This document shows positions 43,101-56,000 of a DNA stretch of 64,000 nt, in pieces. Made by a program: the position numbers and the translations under genes. The DNA comes from Eledone cirrhosa (Eukaryota), in the NCBI GenBank assembly GCA_964016885.1, contig OZ024743.1, positions 321,718,001 to 321,782,000 of the forward strand, in the 5' to 3' direction. Each line of letters opens with the position of its first letter. Within the stretch, counting starts at the first letter, position 1. The notes under the pieces are model-generated. The model was not told the origin of the DNA. It saw only the letters and a program-made list of their open reading frames with translations, and did not search any database.

Positions 43101-46100
43101 CAGCAACATTGTGTTGAAGTGGAACCACACATCAACATCGTGTTGAAGTGGAGCCACACAGCAATATTGTGTTGAAGTGGAGCCACACAGCAACATTGTG
43201 TTGAAGTGGAGCCACACAGCAACATTGTGCTGAAGTGGAGCTACACAGCAACATTGTGCTGAAGTGGAGACACACAGCAATATTGTGTTGAAGTGGGGCC
43301 ACACAGCAACATTGTGTTGAAGTGGAGCCACACAGCAACATTGTGTTGAAGTGGAGCCACACAGCAACATTGTGTTGAAGTGGAGCCACACAGCAACATT
43401 GTGTTGAAGTGGAGCCACACAGCAACATTGTGTTGAAGTGGAGCCACACAGCAACATTGTGTTGAAGTGGAGCCACACAGCAACATTGTGTTGAAGTGGA
43501 CCCACACAGCAACATTGTGTTGAAGTGGAGCCACACAGCAACATTGTATTGAAGTGGAGCCACACAGCAACATTGTATTGAAGTGGAGCCACACAGCAAC
43601 ATTGTGTTGAAGTGGAGCCACACAGCAACATTGTGTTGAAGTGGAGCCACACAGTAACATTGTGTTGAAGTGGAGCCACACAGCAACATTGTGTTGAAGT
43701 GGAGACACACAGCAACATTGTGTTGAAAGGGAGACACAAGGCAACATTGTGTTGAAGTGTACCCACACGGCAACATTGTGTTGAAGTGGAGCGACACAGC
43801 AACATTGTGCTGAAGGGGACCCACACAGCAACATTGTGTTGAAGTGGAGCCACACAGCGACATTGTGTTGAAGTGGAGCCACATAGCAACATTGTGTTGA
43901 ATTGGAGCCACACAGCAACATTGTGCTGAAGGGGAGGCACACAGCAACATTGTGTTGAAGGGGAGACACACAGCAACATTGTGTTGAAGTGGAGCCACAC
44001 AGCAACATTGTGTTGAAGTGGAGCCACACAGCAACATTGTGCTGAAGTGGAGCCACACAGCAACATTGTGCTGAAGTGGAGCCACACAGCAACATTGTGT
44101 TGAAGTGGAGCCACACAGCAACATTGTGTTGAAATGGAGCCACACAGCAACGTTGTGCTGAAGTGGAGCCACACAGCAACATTGTGCTGAAGTGGAGCCA
44201 CACAGCAACATTGTGTTGAAGTGGAGCCACACAGCAACAGTGTTCAAGTGGAGCCACACAGCAACAGTGTTCAAGTGGAGCCACACAGCAACATTGTGTT
44301 GAATTTGTGACACACATCAACATTGTGTTGAAGTGGAGCCACACAGCAACATTGTGTTAAAGTGAACCAACATAGCAACATTGTGTTGAAGTGGAGACAG
44401 ACAGCAACATTGTGTTGAAGTGGAACCACACAGCAACATTGTGTTGAAGTGGAGCCACACAGCAACATTGTGTTGAAGTGGAGACACACAGCAACATTGT
44501 GTTGAAGGGGAGACACACGGCAACATTGTGTTGGAGTGGTGCCACACGGCAACATTGTGTTGAAGTGGAGCGACACAGCGACATTGTGTTGAAGTGGAGC
44601 CACATAGCAACATTGTGTTGAAGTGGAGCCACACAGCAACATTGTGCTGAAGGGGAGACACACAGCAACATTGTGTTGAAGGGGAGACACACAGCAACAT
44701 TGTGTTGAAGTGGAGCCACACAGCAACATTGTGTTGAAGTGGAGCCACACAGCAACATTGTGCTAAAGTGGATCCACACAGCAACATTGTGCTGAAGTGG
44801 AGCCACACAGCAACATTGTGTTGAAGTGGGGCCACACAGCAACAGTGTTCAAGTGGAGCCACACAGCAACAGTGTTCAAGTGGAGCCACACAGCAACATT
44901 GTGTTGAAGTTGTGACACACAGCAACATTGTGTTGAAGTGGAGCCACACAGCAACATTGTGTTGAAGTGGAGACACACAGCAACATTGTGTTGAAGTGGA
45001 GCCACACAGCAACATTGTGTTGAAGTGGAGCCACACAGCAATTTTGTGTTGAAGTGGACCCACACAGCAACATTGTGTTGAAGTGGTGCCACACATCAAC
45101 ATTGTGTTGAAGTGGACCCACACAGCAACATTGTGTTGAAGTGGAGCCACACAGCAACATTGTGTTGAAGTGGAGCCACACAGCAATATTGTGTTGAAGT
45201 GGACCCACGCAGCAACATTGTGTTGAAGTGGAGCCACACAGCAACATTGTGCTGAAGTGGAGTCACACAGCAACATTGTGTTGAAGTGGAGCCACACAGC
45301 AATATTGTGTTGAAGTGGACCCACACAGCAACATTGTGTTGAAGTGGAGCCACACAGCAACATTGTGTTGAAGGGGAGACACAGAGCAACATTGTGTTGA
45401 AGTGGAGCCACACAGCAAAATTGTGTTGAAGTGGAGCCACACAGCAACATTGTGTTGAAGTGGAGCCACACAGCAACATTGTGTTGAAGTGGACCCACAC
45501 AGCAACATTGTGTTGAAGTGGAGACACACAGCAACATTGTGTTGAAGTGGAGCAACACAGTAACATTGTGTTGAAGTGGAGCGACACAGCAACATTGTGC
45601 TGAAGGGGAGCCACACAGCAACATTGTCCTGAAGTCGAGCCACACAGCAACATTGTGTTGAAGTGGAGCCACACAGCAACATTGTGTTGAAGTGGACCCA
45701 CACAGCAACATTGTGTTGAAGTGGAGCCACACAGCAACATTGTATTGAAGTGGAGCCACACCGCAACATTGTATTGAAGTGGAGCCACACAGCAACATTG
45801 TGTTGAAGTGGAGCCACACAGCAACATTGTGTTGAAGTGGAGCCACACAGCTACATTGTGTTGAAGTGGAGCCACGCAGCAACATTGTGTTGAAGTGGAA
45901 ACACACAGCAACATTGTGTTGAAGGGGAGACACAAGGCAACATTGTGTTGAAGTGGAGCCACACGGCAACATTGTGTTGAAGTGGAGCGACACAGCAACA
46001 TTGTGCTGAAGGGGACCCACACAGCAACATTGTGTTGAAGTGGAGCCACACAGCGACATTGTGTTGAAGTGGAGCCACATAGCAACATTGTGTTGAATTG

Positions 46101-46885
46101 GAGCCACACAGCAACATTGTGCTGAAGGGGAGACACACAGCAACATTGTGTTGAAGGGGAGACACACAGCAACATTGTGTTGAAGTGGAGCCACACAGCA
46201 ACATTGTGTTGAAGTGGAGCCACACAGCAACATTGTGCTGAAGTGGAGCCACACAGCAACATTGTGCTGAAGTGGAGCCACACAGCAACATTGTGTTGAA
46301 GTGGAGCCACACAGCAACATTGTGTTGAAATGGAGCCACACAGCAACGTTGTGCTGAAGTGGAGCCACACAGCAACATTGTGCTGAAGTGGAGCCACACA
46401 GCAACATTGTGTTGAAGTCGAGCCACACAGCAACAGTGTTCAAGTGGAGCCACACAGCAACAGTGTTCAAGTGGAGCCATACAGCAACATTGTGTTGAAT
46501 TTGTGACACACATCAACATTGTGTTGAAGTGGAGCCACACAGCAACATTGTGTTAAAGTGAACCCACATAGCAACATTGTGTTGAAGTGGAGACAGACAG
46601 CAACATTGTGTTGAAGTGGAGCCACACAGCAACATTGTGTTGAAGTGGAGCCACACAGCAACATTGTGTTGAAGTGGAGACACACAGCAACATTGTGTTG
46701 AAGGGGAGACACACGGCAACATTGTGTTGAAGTGGTGCCACACGGCAACATTGTGTTGAAGTGGAGCGACACAGCGACATTGTGTTGAAGTGGAGCCACA
46801 TAGCAACATTGTGTTGAAGTGGAGCCACACAGCAACATTGTGCTGAAGGGGAGACACACAGCAACATTGTGTTGAAGGGGAGACA
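28100..46885. repeat. Sub-domain D: mosaic higher-order array built around a 605-bp (21-monomer) module marked by pairs of 27-bp monomers
   Basis: Doublet (cacacagcaacagtgttcaagtggagc)x2, first seen at 29041. Linked markers gttgtgacac, ttaaagtgaaccc, ggggagacacaaggc and gtattgaag. Confidence 0.85.
38150..43385. repeat. Higher-order tandem duplication, period 2605 bp (90 monomers), two near-identical copies
   Basis: Constant ORF offsets of 2605 (38474/41079, 39177/41782, 40230/42835). 90x29=2610, minus 8 (two 27-bp doublets), plus 3 (insertion cassette) = 2605. One substitution noticed (aattggagcc near 38720 vs aattggaacc near 41325). Confidence 0.92.
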
Positions 46886-49800
46886 CACAGCAACATTGTG
46901 TTGAAGTGGAGCCACACAGCAACATTGTGTTGAAGTGGAGCCACACAGCAACATTGTGCTAAAGTGGATCCACACAGCAACATTGTGCTGAAGTGGAGCC
47001 ACACAGCAACATTGTGTTGAAGTGGGGCCACACAGCAACAGTGTTCAAGTGGAGCCACACAGCAACAGTGTTCAAGTGGAGCCACACAGCAACATTGTGT
47101 TGAAGTTGTGACACACAGCAACATTGTGTTGATGTGGAGCCACACAGCAACATTGTGTTAAAGTGAACCCACATAGCAACATTGTGTTGAAGTGGAGACA
47201 CACAGCAACATTGTGTTGAAGTGGAGCCACACAGCAACATTGTGTTGAAGTGGAGCCACACAGCAATTTTGTGTTGAAGTGGACCCACACAGCAACATTG
47301 TGTTGAAGTGGAGCCACACATCAACATTGTGTTGAAGTGGACCCACACAGCAACATTGTGTTGAAGTGGAGCCACACAGCAATATTGTGTTGAAGTGGAG
47401 CCACGCAGCAACATTGTGTTGAAGTGGAGCCACACAGCAACATTGTGCTGAAGTGGAGTCACACAGCAACATTGTGTTGAAGTGGAGCCACACAGCAATA
47501 TTGTGTTGAAGTGGACCCACACAGCAACATTGTGTTGAAGTGGAGCCACACAGCAACATTGTGTTGAAGGGGAGACACAGAGCAACATTGTGTTGAAGTG
47601 GAGCCACACAGCAAAATTGTGTTGAAGTGGAGCCACACAGCAACATTGTGTTGAAGTGGAGCCACACAGCAACATTGTGTTGAAGTGGACCCACACAGCA
47701 ACATTGTGTTGAAGTGGAGACACACAGCAACATTGTGTTGAAGTGGAGCAACACAGTAACATTGTGTTGAAGTGGAGCGACACAGCAACATTGTGCTGAA
47801 GGGGAGCCACACAGCAACATTGTCCTGAAGTCGAGCCACACAGCAACATTGTGTTGAAGTGGAACCACACAGCAACATTGTGTTGAAGTGGACCCACACA
47901 GCAATATTGTGTTGAAGTGGAGCCACACAGCAACATTGTGTTGAAGTGGACCCACACAGCAACATTGAGTTGAAGTGGAGCCACACAGCGCAACATTGTG
48001 TTGAAGTAGATAGAGCCACATAGCAGCATTGTCCTGAAGTGAAACAACACAGCAACATTAATGCTGAAGTGGAGCCACATAGCAACATTGTCCTGAAGTA
48101 GAGCCACATAGCAACATTGTCCTGAAGTGGTGCTACACAACAACATTGTGCTGAAGTGGAGCTACACAGCAACAGTGTGCTGAAGTGGAGTCACACAGCA
48201 ACATTGTGTTGAAGTGGTGCCACACAGCAACATTGTGCTGAAATCGACCCAAACACCAACATTGTGCTGAAGTGGAGCCACACAGCAACATTGTGTTGAA
48301 GTGGACCCACACAGCAACATTGTGATGAAGTGGACCCACACAGCAACATTGTGTTGAAGTGGAGCCACACAGCAACATTGTGTTGAAGTGGAGCCACACA
48401 GCAACATTGTGTTGAAGTGGAGTCACACAGCAACATTGTGCTGAAGTGGAGCCACACAGCAACATTGTGTTGAAGTGGAGCCACACAGCAACATTGTGTT
48501 GAAGTTGACCCACACAGCAACATTGTGTTGAAGTGGAGACACACAGCAACATTGTGTTGAAGGGGAGCCACACAGCAACATTGTGTTGAAGTGGAGACAC
48601 ACAGCAACATTGTGTTGAAGTGGAGCCACACAGCAACATTGTGCTGAAGGGGAGCCACACAGCAACATTGTGTTGAAATGGAGCCACACAGCAACATTGT
48701 GTTGAAGTGGGGCCACACAGCGACATTGTGTTGAAGTGGAGCCACATAGCAACATTGTGTTGAAGTGGAGACACACAGCAACATTGTGTTGAAGTGGAGA
48801 CACACAGCAACATTGTGTTGAAGTGGAGCCACACAGCAACATTGTGCTGAAGGGGAGCCACACAGCAACATTGTGTTGAAATGGAGCCACACAGCAACAT
48901 TGTGTTGAAGTGGACCCACGTAGCAACATTGTGTTGAAGGGGAGCCACACAGCAACATTGTGTTTAAGTGGAGCCACACAGCAATATTGTGTTGAAGGGG
49001 AGACACACAGCAACATTGTGTTGAAGTGGAGCCACACAGCGCAACATGGTGTTGAAGTAGAGCCACATAGCAGCATTGTCCTGAAGTGGAACCACACAGC
49101 AACATTGTGTTGAAGTGGAGCCACACAGCAACATTGTGTTGAAGTGGAGCCACACAGCAATATTGTGTTGAAGTGGAGCCACGCAGCAACATTGTGTTGA
49201 AGTGGAGCCACACAGCAACATTGTGCAGAAGTGGAGTCACACAGCAACATTGTGTTGAAGTGGAGCCACACAGCAATATTGTGTTGAAGTGGACCCACAC
49301 AGCAACATTGTGTTGAAGTGGAGCCACACAGCAACATTGTGTTGAAGGGGAGACACAGAGCAACATTGTGTTGAAGTGGAGCCACACAGCAAAATTGTGT
49401 TGAAGTGGAGCCACACAGCAACATTGTGTTGAAGTGGAGCCACACAGCAACATTGTGTTGAAGTGGACCCACACAGCAACATTGTGTTGAAGTGGAGACA
49501 CACAGCAACATTGTGTTGAAGTGGACCCACACAGTAACATTGTGTTGAAGTGGAGCGACACAGCAACATTGTGCTGAAGGGGAGCCACACAGCAACATTG
49601 TCCTGAAGTCGAGCCACACAGCAACATTGTGTTGAAGTGGAACCACACAGCAACATTGTGTTGAAGTGGACCCACACAGCAATATTGTGTTGAAGTGGAG
49701 CCACACAGCAACATTGTGTTGAAGTGGACCCACACAGCAACATTGAGTTGAAGTGGAGCCACACAGCGCAATATTGTGTTGAAGTAGATAGAGCCACATA

Positions 49801-52800
49801 GCAGCATTGTCCTGAAGTGGAACCACACAGCAACATTAATGCTGAAGTGGAGCCACATAGCAACATTGTCCTGAAGTAGAGCCACACAGCAACATTGTGT
49901 TGAAGTGGTGCCACACAGCAACATTGTGTTGAAGTGAACCCACATAGCAACATTGTGTTGAAGTGGAGACACACAGCAACATTGTGCTGAAGTGGAGCCA
50001 CACAGCAACATTGTGTTGAAGTGGAGCCACACAGCAACATTGTGTTGAAGTGGAGCCACACAGCAACATTGTGCTGAAGTGGAGCCACACAGCAACATTG
50101 TGTTGAAGTGGAGCCACACAGCAACATTGTGTTGAAGTGGAGCCACACAGCAACATTGTGCTAAAGTGGATCCACACAGCAACATTGTGCTGAAGTGGAG
50201 CCACACAGCAACATTGTGTTGAAGTGGGGCCACACAGCAACAGTGTTCAAGTGGAGCCACACAGCAACAGTGTTCAAGTGGAGCCACACAGCAACATTGT
50301 GTTGAAGTTGTGACACACAGCAACATTGTGTTGATGTGGAGCCACACAGCAACATTGTGTTAAAGTGAACCCACATAGCAACATTGTGTTGAAGTGGAGA
50401 CACACAGCAACATTGTGTTGAAGTGGAGCCACACAGCAACATTGTGTTGAAGTGGAGCCACACAGCAATTTTGTGTTGAAGTGGACCCACACAGCAACAT
50501 TGTGTTGAAGTGGAGCCACACATCAACATTGTGTTGAAGTGGACCCACACAGCAACATTGTGTTGAAGTGGAGCCACACAGCAATATTGTGTTGAAGTGG
50601 AGCCACGCAGCAACATTGTGTTGAAGTGGAGCCACACAGCAACATTGTGCTGAAGTGGAGTCACACAGCAACATTGTGTTGAAGTGGAGCCACACAGCAA
50701 TATTGTGTTGAAGTGGACCCACACAGCAACATTGTGTTGAAGTGGAGCCACACAGCAACATTGTGTTGAAGGGGAGACACAGAGCAACATTGTGTTGAAG
50801 TGGAGCCACACAGCAAAATTGTGTTGAAGTGGAGCCACACAGCAACATTGTGTTGAAGTGGAGCCACACAGCAACATTGTGTTGAAGTGGACCCACACAG
50901 CAACATTGTGTTGAAGTGGAGACACACAGCAACATTGTGTTGAAGTGGAGCAACACAGTAACATTGTGTTGAAGTGGAGCGACACAGCAACATTGTGCTG
51001 AAGGGGAGCCACACAGCAACATTGTCCTGAAGTCGAGCCACACAGCAACATTGTGTTGAAGTGGAACCACACAGCAACATTGTGTTGAAGTGGACCCACA
51101 CAGCAATATTGTGTTGAAGTGGAGCCACACAGCAACATTGTGTTGAAGTGGACCCACACAGCAACATTGAGTTGAAGTGGAGCCACACAGCGCAACATTG
51201 TGTTGAAGTAGATAGAGCCACATAGCAGCATTGTCCTGAAGTGAAACAACACAGCAACATTAATGCTGAAGTGGAGCCACATAGCAACATTGTCCTGAAG
51301 TAGAGCCACATAGCAACATTGTCCTGAAGTGGTGCTACACAACAACATTGTGCTGAAGTGGAGCTACACAGCAACAGTGTGCTGAAGTGGAGTCACACAG
51401 CAACATTGTGTTGAAGTGGTGCCACACAGCAACATTGTGCTGAAATCGACCCAAACACCAACATTGTGCTGAAGTGGAGCCACACAGCAACATTGTGTTG
51501 AAGTGGACCCACACAGCAACATTGTGATGAAGTGGACCCACACAGCAACATTGTGTTGAAGTGGAGCCACACAGCAACATTGTGTTGAAGTGGAGCCACA
51601 CAGCAACATTGTGTTGAAGTGGAGTCACACAGCAACATTGTGCTGAAGTGGAGCCACACAGCAACATTGTGTTGAAGTGGAGCCACACAGCAACATTGTG
51701 TTGAAGTTGACCCACACAGCAACATTGTGTTGAAGTGGAGACACACAGCAACATTGTGTTGAAGGGGAGCCACACAGCAACATTGTGTTGAAGTGGAGAC
51801 ACACAGCAACATTGTGTTGAAGTGGAGCCACACAGCAACATTGTGCTGAAGGGGAGCCACACAGCAACATTGTGTTGAAATGGAGCCACACAGCAACATT
51901 GTGTTGAAGTGGGGCCACACAGCGACATTGTGTTGAAGTGGAGCCACATAGCAACATTGTGTTGAAGTGGAGACACACAGCAACATTGTGTTGAAGTGGA
52001 GACACACAGCAACATTGTGTTGAAGTGGAGCCACACAGCAACATTGTGCTGAAGGGGAGCCACACAGCAACATTGTGTTGAAATGGAGCCACACAGCAAC
52101 ATTGTGTTGAAGTGGACCCACGTAGCAACATTGTGTTGAAGGGGAGCCACACAGCAACATTGTGTTTAAGTGGAGCCACACAGCAATATTGTGTTGAAGG
52201 GGAGACACACAGCAACATTGTGTTGAAGTGGAGCCACACAGCGCAACATGGTGTTGAAGTAGAGCCACATAGCAGCATTGTCCTGAAGTGGAACCACACA
52301 GCAACATTGTGTTGAAGTGGAGCCACACAGCAACATTGTGTTGAAGTGGAGCCACACAGCAATATTGTGTTGAAGTGGAGCCACGCAGCAACATTGTGTT
52401 GAAGTGGAGCCACACAGCAACATTGTGCAGAAGTGGAGTCACACAGCAACATTGTGTTGAAGTGGAGCCACACAGCAATATTGTGTTGAAGTGGACCCAC
52501 ACAGCAACATTGTGTTGAAGTGGAGCCACACAGCAACATTGTGTTGAAGGGGAGACACAGAGCAACATTGTGTTGAAGTGGAGCCACACAGCAAAATTGT
52601 GTTGAAGTGGAGCCACACAGCAACATTGTGTTGAAGTGGAGCCACACAGCAACATTGTGTTGAAGTGGACCCACACAGCAACATTGTGTTGAAGTGGAGA
52701 CACACAGCAACATTGTGTTGAAGTGGACCCACACAGTAACATTGTGTTGAAGTGGAGCGACACAGCAACATTGTGCTGAAGGGGAGCCACACAGCAACAT

Positions 52801-53059
52801 TGTCCTGAAGTCGAGCCACACAGCAACATTGTGTTGAAGTGGAACCACACAGCAACATTGTGTTGAAGTGGACCCACACAGCAATATTGTGTTGAAGTGG
52901 AGCCACACAGCAACATTGTGTTGAAGTGGACCCACACAGCAACATTGAGTTGAAGTGGAGCCACACAGCGCAATATTGTGTTGAAGTAGATAGAGCCACA
53001 TAGCAGCATTGTCCTGAAGTGGAACCACACAGCAACATTAATGCTGAAGTGGAGCCACA
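46885..53059. repeat. Higher-order tandem duplication, period 3202 bp (110 monomers); sub-domain E
   Basis: Constant ORF offsets of 3202 (46959/50161, 47158/50360, 48133/51335, 48910/52112) with identical translations. 110x29=3190, plus a net +12 from counted indels. Private 33-bp monomer gaagtagatagagcc. Confidence 0.92.
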
Positions 53060-56000
53060 CAGCAACATTGTGTTGAAGTGAACCCACATAGCAACATTGT
53101 GTTGAAGTGGAGACACACAGCAACATTGTGCTGAAGTGGAGCCACACAGCAACATTGTGTTGAAGTGGAGCCACACAGCAACATTGTGTTGAAGTGGAGC
53201 CACACAGCAACATTGTGCTGAAGTGGAGCCACACAGCAACATTGTGTTGAAGTGGAGCCACACAGCAACAGTGTTCAAGTGGAGCCACACAGCAACAGTG
53301 TTCAAGTGGAGCCACACAGCAACATTGTGTTGAAGTGGAGACACACAGCAACATTGTGTTGAAGTGGTGCCACACAGCAACATTGTGTTGAAGTGAACCC
53401 ACATAGCAACATTGTGTTGAAGTGGAGACACACAGCAACATTGTTTTGAAGTGGAGCCACACAGCAACATTGTGTTGAAGTGGAGCCACACAGCAATATT
53501 GTGTTGAAGTGGACCCACACAGCAACATTGTGTTGAAGTGGACCCACACATCAACATTGTGTTGAAGTGGACCCACACAGCAACATTGTGTTGAAGTGGA
53601 GCCACACAGCAACATTGTGTTGAAGTGGAGCCACACAGCAACATTGTGTTGAAGTGGAGCCACACAGCAACATTGTGTTGAGGTGGAGCCACACAGCAAC
53701 ATTGTGCTGAAGTGGAGTCACACAGCAACATTGTGTTGAAGTGGAGCCACACAGCAATATTGTGTTGAAGTGGACCCACACAGCAATATTGTGTTGAAGT
53801 TGACCCACACAGCAACATTGTGTTGAAGTGGAGCCACACAGCAACATTGTGTTGAAGGGGAGACACAGCAACATTGTGTTGAAGTGGAGCCACACAGCAA
53901 CATTGTGTTGAAGTGGAGCCACACAGCAACATTGTGTTGAAGTGGACCCACACAGCAACATTGTGTTGAAGTGGAGACACACAGCAACATTGTGTTGAAG
54001 TGGAGACACACAGCAACATTGTGCTGAAGTGGAGCAACACAGCAACATTGTGTTGAAGTGGAGCCACACAGCAACATTGTGTTGAAGTGGAGCCACACAG
54101 CAACATTGTGCTGAAGTGGAGCCACACAGCAACATTGTGTTGAAGTGGAGCCACACAGCAACAGTGTTCAAGTGGAGCCACACAGCAACAGTGTTCAAGT
54201 GGAGCCACACAGCAACATTGTGTTGAAGTGGAGACACACAGCAACATTGTGTTGAAGTGGTGCCACACAGCAACATTGTGTTGAAGTGAGCCCACATAGC
54301 AACATTGTGTTGAAGTGGAGACACACAGCAACATTGTGTTGAAGCGGAGCCACACAGCAACATTGTGTTGAAGTGGAGCCACACAGCAACATTGTGTTGA
54401 GGTGGAGCCACACAGCAACATTGTGCTGAAGTGGAGTCACACAGCAACATTGTGTTGAAGTGGAGCCACACAGCAATATTGTGTTGAAGTGGACCCACAC
54501 AGCAACATTGTGTTGAAGTGGAGCCACACAGCAACATTGTGTTGAAGGGGAGACACACAGCAACATTGTGTTGAAGTGGAGCTACACAGCAACATTGTGT
54601 TGAAGTGGAGCCACACAGCAACATTGTGTTGAAGTGGAGCCACACAGCAACATTGTGTTGAAGTGGACCCACACAGCAACATTGTGTTGAAGTGGAGACA
54701 CACAGCAACATTGTGTTGAAGTGGAGCAACACAGCAGCATTGTGTTGAAGTGGAGCGACACAGCAACATTGTGCTGAAGGGGAGCCACACAGCAACATTG
54801 TGCTGAAGTGGAGCCACACAGCAACATTGTGTTGAAGTGCCGCCACATAGCAACATTGTGTTGAAGTGGAGCCACACAGCAACATTGTGTTGAAGTGGAG
54901 ACACACAGCAACATTGTGTTGAAGTGGAGCCACACAGCAACATTGTGTTGAAGTGGAGCCACACAGCAACATTGTGTTGAGGTGGATCCACACAGCAACA
55001 TTGTGTTGAAGTGGATCCACACAGCAACATTGTGTTGAAGTGGACCCACATAGCAACATTGTGTTGAAGGGGAGCCACACAGCAACATTGTGTTGAAGTG
55101 GACCCACACAGCAACATTGTGTTGAAGTGGAGCCACACAGCAACATTGTGCTGAAGTGGAACCACACAGCAACATTGTGTTGAAGTGGATCCACACAGCG
55201 ACATTGTGTTGGAGTGGACTCACATAGCAACATTGTGTTGAAGGGGAGCCACACAGCAACATTGTGTTGAAGTGGAGCCACACAGCAACATTGTGTTGAA
55301 GTGGACCCACATAGCAACATTGTGTTGAAGTGGACCCACATAGCAACATTGTGTTGAAGTGGAGACACACAACAACATTGTGTTGAAGTGGATCCACACA
55401 GCAACATTGTGTTGAAGTGGAGCCACACAGCAACATTGTGTTGAAGTGGACCCACGCAGCAACATTGTGTTGAAGTGGAGACACAGCAACATTATGTTGA
55501 AGTGGAGCCACACAGCAACATTGTGTTGAAGTGGAGCGACACAGCAACATTGTGCTGAAGTGGAGCCACACAGCAACATTGTGTTGGAGTGGAGCCACAT
55601 AGCAACATTGTGTTGAAGGGGAGCCACACAGCAACATTGTGTTGAAGTGGAGCCACACAGCAACATTGTGCTGAAGTGGAACCACACAGCAACATTGTGT
55701 TGAAGTGGAGCCACACAGCAACATTGTGTTGGAGTGGAGCCACATAGCAACATTGTGTTGAAGGGGAGCCACACAGCAACATTGTGTTGAAGTGTAGCCA
55801 CACAGCAACATTGTGTTGAAGTGGAGCCACACAGCAACATTGTGTTGAAGTGGAACCACACAGCAACATTGTGTTGAAGTGGAGCGACACAGCAACATTG
55901 TGCTGAAGGCGACCCACACAGCAACATTGTGTTGCAGTGGAGACACACAGCAACATTGTGTTGAAGGGGAGCCACACAGCAACATTGTGTTGAAGTGGAG

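Noticed and set aside
48910-49113. Plus-strand 67-aa ORF (duplicated at 52112-52315)
   Set aside because: It arises because a gtttaag variant and a +2 insertion skip the periodic TGA; the sequence is ordinary monomers.
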